Source of the DNA: an uncultured Candidatus Saccharibacteria bacterium
GTDB taxonomy: Bacteria; Patescibacteriota; Minisyncoccia; Phycocordibacterales; JAACPR01
NCBI GenBank assembly: GCA_964630375.1
Contig: CAZVRT010000004.1
Location: 8,651 to 72,650, forward strand
Reading direction: 5' to 3'
DNA length: 64,000 nucleotides
Positions within the stretch are counted from its first letter, which is position 1. Each line of letters opens with the position of its first letter. Under the pieces are notes generated by a model that was given only the letters and a program-made list of their open reading frames with translations, did no database searches and was not told the origin of the DNA. Position numbers and translations under genes: made by a program. Below are positions 56,580-64,000 of the stretch, one piece after another.

Positions 56580-57332
56580 TTAAAATATCTGTCGTATTTT
56601 CAAAAGGACTCTTTTAGTAATGAAAAAAGCTGGTACTTTTCCGTAGTTATTTTTCCATGATTGTCGCAATTCTTGCCAACCTTTGATTCTTTGAGAAAAA
56701 CTTTTTGAGCTATGTCCCTTGTGTCTCATAATAGTAAAAACTTTTGGAATGTATTTCATTTTTGTATCGTCTGATTTTATTAAGCGAATCATAAAGTCGT
56801 AATCGCTGGCAATAGAAAAATTAGTCGAATAATATCCGTATTTATTGTGCAAATCTCTTTTATAAAAAAACGCTGGATGTGGAGGACACCAACCTCTAAA
56901 AATATTCTTTTTTGAAAATTGACCTGATTTCCATTTTCTTTTTATTTTGTTTGTGTCGTTACGATCAACAATAACTATGTCTCCATAACACACATCACAA
57001 TTTGTTTTTTCAAAAGTATCTACTACTTCTTGTATAAGATTTGGTGAGATATAAAAATCGTCGGAGTTAAGAACTGCCACTATATCTCCGGTTGCTATTT
57101 TGACACCATTATTTGTGGCGTCATAAATACCGAGGTCGGATTGAGAATGCAACTTAACCAGATTTGTGGTGGAATCTTGATATTTTTTAATCATTTGAAC
57201 CGTTTCGTCTGTCGACAGATTATCAATGAAAACATGTTCGATATTTCCGTATGTTTGTTTTTGGACACTTGCCAAAGTGTCGCCAAGAGTTTGAGAGCTA
57301 TTATATGTTGGTGTGATAATTGAAACTCTCAT
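56580..57332 (-). CDS. Family 2 glycosyltransferase (GT-A fold)
   Basis: MRVSIITPTYNSSQTLGDTLASVQKQTY; DxD-type motif LNSDDFY. Confidence 0.8.
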   Translation of the reverse strand: MRVSIITPTYNSSQTLGDTLASVQKQTYGNIEHVFIDNLSTDETVQMIKKYQDSTTNLVKLHSQSDLGIYDATNNGVKIATGDIVAVLNSDDFYISPNLIQEVVDTFEKTNCDVCYGDIVIVDRNDTNKIKRKWKSGQFSKKNIFRGWCPPHPAFFYKRDLHNKYGYYSTNFSIASDYDFMIRLIKSDDTKMKYIPKVFTIMRHKGHSSKSFSQRIKGWQELRQSWKNNYGKVPAFFITKRVLLKIRQIF

Positions 57333-58351
57333 GATTTTTTGGAATTCAGTAATTTATGAATTTTAAAATAAATCTTTTTCAGCGCAGACGACAGCATTTT
57401 ATTTTTCTTGATAATCTTCTTTATTTGAAATAGTAACTTGGATTTTTGATGATAAACTCCGAAGACTTTTTTGTCTATGTTTGGGTTGTATGAAATGGAA
57501 AGGCTATTATCGAGGATTCTATTTTCAGTCAAACTTCGCTTAATATTACCTAATTTATTCGACAAAACTGTGTGAGTTGCATCATGATGTCCAATTCCAA
57601 TATTTTCTATCAAATTATATTTGGGTTTAATTACTATACTTTCATGAAAAAAATGTGAAAAAACAAATTGAAAGTCCCAAGTATCAACCACACCAATTTC
57701 GCCGTTATTATAATACACATTATCAAAATCTCGTTCAAATTGATTGGACATACGAAACTCGCTTAGGTGTTCATAAAGTTTTTGTGATTCTTTATATTTT
57801 GGCCATTCTGTCATTTTAAAATCATAATGCTGCCAAGCTCTTTTCCAGGTTGCCCATCCCCACATCCAAAATAATTTTGAGAAATAATAATCTTCGGATA
57901 AATTCCGCAAATCTTTTATAGGTGGAGAGAAACCAGAAACACTCATAATTTGAGAATCATTTTTATATAGGTCGAGCATTGCTTCACAAAATTTAAAAAA
58001 ATTAGCGGAAGGCAAACAATCATCTTCTAAAATTATAGCTTGTTCGCACTGTGAAAAAACCCAATCTAGTCCGCTCGAAACTCTTTTGCCACATCCAAGA
58101 TTTATTTCTGAATAATTACGGTGCACTTCACACGGCCAATCAATTTTTTCCACAATTGCGCGAGTTTGTTTGCACAATTCGGCATCTTGAATTTTGTGTG
58201 GACGTGGGCCGTCGGCAATAATAAAAAGTATTTCCGGTCGTGCTCTTCTAATTTCCTCAAAAACTCGTTGAGTTAATTCCGGACGGTTGAATATTATAAA
58301 TACTATGGGAGTTTTCATTTGCAGTGTATATTTTACCAGAATTTCTGTCAC
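57329..58351 (-). CDS. GT-A-fold glycosyltransferase with GnT-I/GT13-like motifs
   Basis: PIVFIIFNRPELTQRVFEEI (compare GnT-I CNRP..YL..TL) and ILEDDCL (EDD). Overlaps the downstream GT2 gene by 4 nt. Confidence 0.5.
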   Translation of the reverse strand: MTEILVKYTLQMKTPIVFIIFNRPELTQRVFEEIRRARPEILFIIADGPRPHKIQDAELCKQTRAIVEKIDWPCEVHRNYSEINLGCGKRVSSGLDWVFSQCEQAIILEDDCLPSANFFKFCEAMLDLYKNDSQIMSVSGFSPPIKDLRNLSEDYYFSKLFWMWGWATWKRAWQHYDFKMTEWPKYKESQKLYEHLSEFRMSNQFERDFDNVYYNNGEIGVVDTWDFQFVFSHFFHESIVIKPKYNLIENIGIGHHDATHTVLSNKLGNIKRSLTENRILDNSLSISYNPNIDKKVFGVYHQKSKLLFQIKKIIKKNKMLSSALKKIYFKIHKLLNSKKS

Positions 58352-58401
58352 TTAGAGGTTTAGATTTAAATTAGCATTTTCATGGGTTATTAGAGAATGT
58401 G

Positions 58402-59085
58402 TTAGTAAGATCTCTCTCTCTCTCTCTCTCTCGTGCTTTGGCTCAATAGTTGAGTTTGTACAAACCTCAACAACTGATTTTTGTCTTCTACGGTTTTTGT
58501 CCAGTTGGCATGAAATATTTTCATACCTCGAGGTAGTCTAAAAGGTTTTTGATTCCAGACGCCGTTGCTAATTTTATTGAAAAAATGTCGGACACACGCA
58601 TATTTTTTACGCTTCAAAATTTTTACTTTGATTGGAAAATCTCGTAATACTGCATTAAGTGCGGCTTGATCTTCTGGTTCATGTTCCATATATTTCAGGG
58701 TCAAAGAAAGTAAATTTTCCAACTCTTCAGATCCTCTCATAATCATAAAACCACAACAGGCTTGAACCACGTCATTTTGCAGAGCTATAAAATTCTGACC
58801 CAAATCTTTCTTTGCTATCTCTGGTGAAAAATTATCCGGGTTAAACAAAACATCACAATCGCTATATAAATAAATTTCTCCTCTATGAGTTTTTGATATT
58901 TCTAGGAGAATCTCGATTTTTTGTTGCATAGTTTCTTTCCAGCCTGGTTGATAGTAAGAGCCGTCTTTGCAGAGTTGTGGTACATCTTTTTTTACAACAC
59001 AAAATCCGCTTTCTTTCGCCGAAGGTTCGAGATATTTTTCAAATAAGCCCTTATGACTTAATGTGCAGACGGTAAATACATTCAT
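58402..59085 (-). CDS. Hypothetical nucleotide-diphospho-sugar transferase-like protein (DxD: SDCDVLF)
   Basis: Weak GT-A/'Nucleotid_trans'-like pattern; C-terminus encoded by the GA repeat. Confidence 0.35.
   Translation of the reverse strand: MNVFTVCTLSHKGLFEKYLEPSAKESGFCVVKKDVPQLCKDGSYYQPGWKETMQQKIEILLEISKTHRGEIYLYSDCDVLFNPDNFSPEIAKKDLGQNFIALQNDVVQACCGFMIMRGSEELENLLSLTLKYMEHEPEDQAALNAVLRDFPIKVKILKRKKYACVRHFFNKISNGVWNQKPFRLPRGMKIFHANWTKTVEDKNQLLRFVQTQLLSQSTRERERERSY
58409..58432. repeat. (TC)11 dinucleotide microsatellite, in frame at the 3' end of the gene at 58402..59085 (encodes a C-terminal RERERER tail) and ~50 bp upstream of the start of the next minus-strand gene
   Basis: ga-tctctctctctctctctctctc, 22 nt of uninterrupted TC. 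Confidence 0.95.
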
Positions 59086-59110
59086 TGAGAATTATTATAT
59101 ACTAATTGCC

Positions 59111-59842
59111 ATGAAAGTTTGTGTTGTAACACTCCATAAATCTGCTTCCATGTTCTTGCATCGATATTTCCAAGCTTATGCCAATTCCAAAAATTTGCCT
59201 TATTTTTCAGCAAATTCTGAGCCAGCAAATGAAGATGGCTGGAAACATCTCATCAATGGAGATTATGTAGTTTGCCCAGTTCGTATAAAAGACAGCCTTG
59301 ATTTATTACCGTCAGATGCTCAGTACATAATTCACTTCCGTAACCCAATTGATATTTTGATATCGGAGTATTTTTCTTTTGGTTGGACTCATCCTGTTAT
59401 ATCAGAAAAGCAAAAAGTTCGTAGAGAAAGTATTCAAAGTCAGACTATTGACGAGTATTGTATTGCGCATGCTCAGTCTTTACATAAAAGATATGGTCTT
59501 CTGATTTCCTTATATCAATCATCTTCTCAAGTGATCCTTTCTGATTATTCTTTGATGAGGCAAAGTTTTAAAAAATGGAATAAATCTATACTTGAAAGTA
59601 TTGAGCAAGAAGATAGTCAGAAAATATCTGAATTTTTATATAGTCAATTTAAAGGAGATTTTAGGTTTTTTAGGAATTTGTTTAGAAATGTAAACTCACA
59701 TCGTCGAGACGGACGAGACAATCAAGCTCGTGTTTATCTTAAGCCAGAAACTGTTGGGGTTTTGGAAAGTGAGCTTCAGGATATTATTGGATTTTATAAT
59801 GACATGCATCAGAGATTGCAAAAAAAATATGCCAAAACCTGA
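59111..59842 (+). CDS. Sulfotransferase-like protein (Stf0/Sulfotransfer_3-like), tentative
   Basis: N-terminal VVTLHKSASMFL (P-loop-like 5'-PSB position) and FRNPIDILISEY (3'-PB-like). The start is taken at the internal Met (MKVCVV) to avoid overlapping the divergent gene. Confidence 0.4.
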   Translation: MKVCVVTLHKSASMFLHRYFQAYANSKNLPYFSANSEPANEDGWKHLINGDYVVCPVRIKDSLDLLPSDAQYIIHFRNPIDILISEYFSFGWTHPVISEKQKVRRESIQSQTIDEYCIAHAQSLHKRYGLLISLYQSSSQVILSDYSLMRQSFKKWNKSILESIEQEDSQKISEFLYSQFKGDFRFFRNLFRNVNSHRRDGRDNQARVYLKPETVGVLESELQDIIGFYNDMHQRLQKKYAKT

Positions 59843-60713
59843 TTTCTTTATAATCGGTGCGCCAAAGTGCGGAACAACTTCGCTCAGTAAATATTTAAGG
59901 TCGCACCCAAATGTTTGTATGTCTGCATTAAAAGAGCCAAATTATTTTGCATTCGATTTGCAGTTACCTGGACCAAATTCTCTTGAAGAGTATTTGGGTC
60001 TGTTTTCAAATTGTTCTGGCGATTCATTGTGGGGAGAAGCATCAACTCATTATTTGTGTTCTCAGGTAGCTGTGCCGGAAATTTTAAAACTTAATCCCAA
60101 TGCCAAGTTTATTGTTATGCTTCGTAATCCAGTTGAGATGGCGGAATCTTTATTTTTTGAGGCACGACACCACTTGGCTGAAAAAGAACGCAAATTTGAA
60201 AGAGCATGGAAAGAACGTGAAAGCAGGTCTCTTACTATAAGATACGATTATGTGTGTGATGTTGGAAATCAGTTGGAGAGGTTATACAACACTGTTTCTT
60301 CTAGGGACTTAGTACATGTTATTCATTTTGATAATTTTATAAAAAATACTGCTGTTGAATATCGCAAGGTTCTTAATTTTTTAAATTTGCCTGATGATGG
60401 TAAAATAGACTTCACTCAGTTCAATAAAAGAAAAGATATGAAAAGTCGTTTGGTCGGAGACATTTTAAGAGCTTTAGAGTCAAAGAGATTAAGGTATTAT
60501 TCTAAGAAGGTAAAAGATATTTTTGGCTTATCCCAGTGGCCGCTTCTGGGTTCTGTATGTAAGCGCATAAAAGTTTACAACCTGAAACGCACAGATGGTG
60601 TTACAACAATTCCAGATTATTTACAAATCGAATTATATGAACACTTTTTGCCGACAGTTAACAAAGTAAAGAATCTGACAAGCATAGATTTATATGGCAG
60701 AAAAAGAAATTAA
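59829..60713 (+). CDS. PAPS-dependent sulfotransferase (Sulfotransfer_1-like)
   Basis: 5'-PSB motif DFFIIGAPKCGTTSL; 3'-PB region VMLRNPVEMAESLF. 14-nt overlap with the upstream gene. Confidence 0.75.
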   Translation: MPKPDFFIIGAPKCGTTSLSKYLRSHPNVCMSALKEPNYFAFDLQLPGPNSLEEYLGLFSNCSGDSLWGEASTHYLCSQVAVPEILKLNPNAKFIVMLRNPVEMAESLFFEARHHLAEKERKFERAWKERESRSLTIRYDYVCDVGNQLERLYNTVSSRDLVHVIHFDNFIKNTAVEYRKVLNFLNLPDDGKIDFTQFNKRKDMKSRLVGDILRALESKRLRYYSKKVKDIFGLSQWPLLGSVCKRIKVYNLKRTDGVTTIPDYLQIELYEHFLPTVNKVKNLTSIDLYGRKRN

Positions 60714-61617
60714 AAAACCAAACTTTTTTATAATCGGCGCACCAAAATGTGGCACCACTTCTTTGAGTGAATATTTGCGTTTACATCCTGATATTTATTT
60801 TTCACAACCCAAAGAACCGATGTACTTTTCGTCGGATATACCAAATACCCGAGTTTATAGATATACATCATTGGATGACTATTTACAAAAATGTTTTGAC
60901 GGATCGTCAGGATATAAGTTTGTTGGTGAAGGATCAACCAGATATCTTACTTCAGAAGTTGCTGTTCCTGAGATTTTAAAGATGGACCCAAGCGCAAAGT
61001 TTATAGTTATGCTTCGCAATCCGGTCTATTTATGCCACTCACTTTATTATCAGTATCTGAAAGACGATAATGAGGATGCCGAAAGTTTTGAAAAAGCTTG
61101 GCGTCTTCAAGATGAAAGAAACAAAGGAAATGATTTACCAAAGAGAGTTGAATGTCCTGCTTTATTGCAATATAGACAAAGATGTATGCTCGGGGAGCAG
61201 TTAGAGAGATTGTTTACACAAGTGTCAAATCCTAAACAGGTACTTATTATATCATTTAATGATTTTATCTCTGATACGGAAGTCGTCTATAAAAAGGTGC
61301 TGAATTTTTTGGGTGCCGATTATGATGGACAGCAAGAATTTCCAATTCATAATGAATACGGCAAAATTAGGAGTAAATTCTTTGAAAGAGTTTTGTCTAT
61401 TCCTAAGCATTCTTTTTTACGACCAATTTCTAAAAAGCTAAAGAAGTTTTTGAATATTCAACACTGGGCGTTTTTTGTTTGGATGAATAAAATGAATTAC
61501 AGAAAAATAAAGAAGGAGCCGATGAGTAAAGAATTGCGTGAAGAACTAACCGAATATTTTCGTTCAGACGTAGAGAAAGTAAAACGTCTAACGGGAATAG
61601 ATTTATATGAAAATTAG
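60694..61617 (+). CDS. PAPS-dependent sulfotransferase (Sulfotransfer_1-like), paralog of the upstream gene
   Basis: NFFIIGAPKCGTTSLSEYL; VMLRNPVYLCHSLYY. 20-nt overlap with the upstream gene. Confidence 0.75.
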   Translation: MAEKEIKKPNFFIIGAPKCGTTSLSEYLRLHPDIYFSQPKEPMYFSSDIPNTRVYRYTSLDDYLQKCFDGSSGYKFVGEGSTRYLTSEVAVPEILKMDPSAKFIVMLRNPVYLCHSLYYQYLKDDNEDAESFEKAWRLQDERNKGNDLPKRVECPALLQYRQRCMLGEQLERLFTQVSNPKQVLIISFNDFISDTEVVYKKVLNFLGADYDGQQEFPIHNEYGKIRSKFFERVLSIPKHSFLRPISKKLKKFLNIQHWAFFVWMNKMNYRKIKKEPMSKELREELTEYFRSDVEKVKRLTGIDLYEN

Positions 61618-62515
61618 CGTCATAACAACATCTTTTAATCATGGTCAATTTTTGGAAGCGACATTACGTTCTGTGGGGGCGCAGACTTATCGGAATGTGG
61701 AACATGTTGTGATTGATGGAGGTTCTTCGGATAATACGATTGAGATTTTAGAAAAATATCAGTCGCAATATAATTTGAAATGGATTTCAGAGCTGGACAA
61801 TGGTCAGACTCATGCTTTGAACAAAGGGTTGGCGATGATTAGCGGAGACATTGTTGTGTGGCTAAATTCTGATGACGTTTTTCTTTATAAAGACACTCTT
61901 GAACAAGTTGCTCGAGTTTTTGAATCAGGAGAAACTGATGTTTTGATGGGTGATATGGCTTTTTTGGATAAAGAGGGAAGTATTATTCAGTTTTTCGGAT
62001 ATTCAAAGTTTTCATATCAAAAATTTTTGAGTGGTTTGCGAAGTGTTGGTCAGCCTTCTGTTTTTATTAAAAGCGATATTCTCAAGAAGAATAAATTTAG
62101 AGAAGATTTACATTACGCTTTTGATTTTGAATTTTGGTTGAGAATTTTGAGAGGTGATATAAAAATTAAATGCACACGTTTTGTTTTATCAGGATCAAGA
62201 ATGTATCCGGGAACTAAAAGTTCTGACGAAAGTAAATTGTCCGAAGAAAAGAATCAAATATTTCAAGAGTGTAATTTAAATCCACGACCTTTCTCAAGGC
62301 TCGACAGAAAAATTGACAATTTTATTTCACTGAAAGTTAGGGGATTGTGGCTGCTTATTAAGCACAGATATTTTTTACGCTCACCAATGACTTCGGATTT
62401 GGTTAAATATAAAAAATTTCCAATGGATATTATTTATCAGATTTTCCGAAAAATGCGCTCAAACTACGAGCAGTATTGGAGTAAATATTTTCCAACCAGT
62501 TTTTGGAGTGATTAG
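61607..62515 (+). CDS. Family 2 glycosyltransferase
   Basis: MKISVITTSFNHGQFLEATLRSVGAQTY; DxD LNSDDVF. 11-nt overlap with the upstream gene. Confidence 0.8.
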   Translation: MKISVITTSFNHGQFLEATLRSVGAQTYRNVEHVVIDGGSSDNTIEILEKYQSQYNLKWISELDNGQTHALNKGLAMISGDIVVWLNSDDVFLYKDTLEQVARVFESGETDVLMGDMAFLDKEGSIIQFFGYSKFSYQKFLSGLRSVGQPSVFIKSDILKKNKFREDLHYAFDFEFWLRILRGDIKIKCTRFVLSGSRMYPGTKSSDESKLSEEKNQIFQECNLNPRPFSRLDRKIDNFISLKVRGLWLLIKHRYFLRSPMTSDLVKYKKFPMDIIYQIFRKMRSNYEQYWSKYFPTSFWSD

Positions 62516-63163
62516 ATGATTTGTCTTCAAACTTATATCCAAACATTTTAATAGTATTTTTTGTAATTTAGCTATATGCATTTTAGATTCATAATCGTAG
62601 TAATATGAATAATGTTTATGCTTGCTTGTGTTTAAGTGTGGCAGACTTATTCTTTCTAAACCAATCACATCACAAATTGTGTCAAAATCTGGTTGTATGG
62701 TTTCAATTTTTCCAACAAAATCCAGAATTAGTTTCCCATTTTCGTCAAATAAGTAACAATCATATTTGTTATCAAATAAGTTTGGGTGAAATATACATTT
62801 TTTAAAATTTCCTAATTGGTCTACCTTTTGAGCTTTGTATGGGTCGTAAATTCGGACTTGAGGATTTTGCTTATAATAACTGTATTTAGATACAGCAATA
62901 TCCCAAGGATTTCGGACAAAGGTAAATTTGAAATAAGTATTCCATATTTCCGAGGAAACCATTTTCTTTTGTTCGATAATCGGTAGGTGGTGAGTCCATG
63001 ATCCGATATAATGTTTTGGGATGGAAAATAGTTCTGCCTCTTCGCAGGTAAGCTTCTGAGCGTGTTCAATTAATCCCTTTTTTAAAAACACATCCCGAAT
63101 GGATGTTCCCCCTGTTTTGGGGATGTGAATAAAGATAAATTTATGTTTATGTGATATCATCAT
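62459..63163 (-). CDS. Carbohydrate sulfotransferase-like protein (Sulfotransfer_2-like)
   Basis: FIFIHIPKTGGTS P-loop typical of the carbohydrate sulfotransferase family. Start taken at the internal MMISHKHKF. Confidence 0.5.
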   Translation of the reverse strand: MMISHKHKFIFIHIPKTGGTSIRDVFLKKGLIEHAQKLTCEEAELFSIPKHYIGSWTHHLPIIEQKKMVSSEIWNTYFKFTFVRNPWDIAVSKYSYYKQNPQVRIYDPYKAQKVDQLGNFKKCIFHPNLFDNKYDCYLFDENGKLILDFVGKIETIQPDFDTICDVIGLERISLPHLNTSKHKHYSYYYDYESKMHIAKLQKILLKCLDISLKTNHLITPKTGWKIFTPILLVV

Positions 63164-63164
63164 G

Positions 63165-63929
63165 TTAGTTTTCCAAAAAGCTCCATAAAACTTTTCCAAT
63201 TTCATTACCATTTTTTCTTTCTTTTTGTATGAAAGAAGAATAATTTTTGATAAGATTTAAATTATATTCAGATCGGGTATCGTTGAGGTGCAAATGGCAA
63301 GCTTGTATTTCCAAGCAAGGATTTAGGACTTTGATCCCAGCTTTCATAGCATGATGACTCAAAAAACTGTCACAGTGCCAAGTGCCAATTTTAAAATCAC
63401 AAGAGAAGTGGGTGTCAATGGGTGTTTGATATGCCCAAACATCTTGAGATGTACCCATGTTTATTCCTTGATGAAAAATTTGCAATGTCCCGTTTGGTAA
63501 TACATTCCAACGAGTTAAGGCTAAGAGTTTATCTTTCAAATCATATTTTACCAATACTTCAAGAGTTTGGTTAAAGTATATATCTCCATTGGCGATTATA
63601 ATTCTTTGTTTTGGAAATTTATTATTTGAAAATTCAAATAACTCTCTAAAAGTTGGTCGGTCTTTTATATATACAATCTCAATTCTAGGCTCACTTTCAA
63701 TAAATTCTTTTATTTGATTTTTAACCGAATCTTTACTGGTGTCATAAAATACCACAATCTTTTTTATCATTCGATGTTCAAGATTATTTTTTAGGCATTG
63801 TTTATATTCTTCAATCCGATCTGTTTGTGTTTCGTTGAATAAGCTGGTAATTAAAACAAACTTGTCTGATTCGGAAATATCAGTCGGCGAGTTTGTTTTT
63901 AGAATTTTGCGATATCTGTCGTGTACCAA
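63165..63929 (-). CDS. Hypothetical protein in the glycan-modification cluster
   Basis: Long ORF with no confident domain. Confidence 0.35.
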   Translation of the reverse strand: MVHDRYRKILKTNSPTDISESDKFVLITSLFNETQTDRIEEYKQCLKNNLEHRMIKKIVVFYDTSKDSVKNQIKEFIESEPRIEIVYIKDRPTFRELFEFSNNKFPKQRIIIANGDIYFNQTLEVLVKYDLKDKLLALTRWNVLPNGTLQIFHQGINMGTSQDVWAYQTPIDTHFSCDFKIGTWHCDSFLSHHAMKAGIKVLNPCLEIQACHLHLNDTRSEYNLNLIKNYSSFIQKERKNGNEIGKVLWSFLEN

Positions 63930-64000
63930 AAGCTGTGTTTCAAGTAAATTTTTATCAAGGATGGTAAATCGGTCCTCGATTATTTTGCATAGCTTCCGTA

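Noticed and set aside
1-64000. CRISPR arrays, diversity-generating retroelements, integrases/transposases, prophage genes
   Set aside because: No regularly spaced direct repeats, reverse transcriptase, integrase/transposase-like ORFs or phage structural genes were seen anywhere in the window.

Overview
AT-rich (~33% GC) bacterial chromosomal segment with dense, mostly housekeeping genes; shortened forms of several of them fit a reduced-genome lineage such as Candidate Phyla Radiation/Patescibacteria (inference). The core backbone is rbfA-infB, iscS-like, clpB, folD, thrS, dnaE, rnhB, rpmF, a nusB-Nudix fusion, rnc, an SMC-like gene, rluB-like, rnr, rpsP, a KH-domain gene, trmD, rpoB-rpoC-dnaG-rpoD, murJ, lepA, ftsB-like, a glutaredoxin-like gene, hsp20, prsW, valS and tsaD. 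Seven tRNAs are present. The accessory content is what stands out. A tandem array of four small pilin-like membrane protein genes sits at the 5' edge, and one copy is frameshifted. A sortase lies next to a repeat-rich surface protein with a C-terminal sorting-signal-like tail. The two are separated by an abrupt ~0.9-kb high-GC (~58%) single-gene island, bounded by a (CCAAA)n repeat and a tRNA-minihelix-like hairpin. An orphan MazF/PemK-like toxin and a Phd/RelE-type toxin-antitoxin pair are present. Two large secreted proteins share a compositionally distinct C-terminal module with a peptidoglycan-binding domain. The 3' ~7.5 kb is a glycan-modification cluster with at least four or five PAPS-type sulfotransferase genes (a sixth lies elsewhere at 21.3 kb) interleaved with GT2/GT-A glycosyltransferases, and it contains an in-frame (TC)11 microsatellite. 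The sulfotransferase-rich glycan cluster and the high-GC island are the most unusual features.
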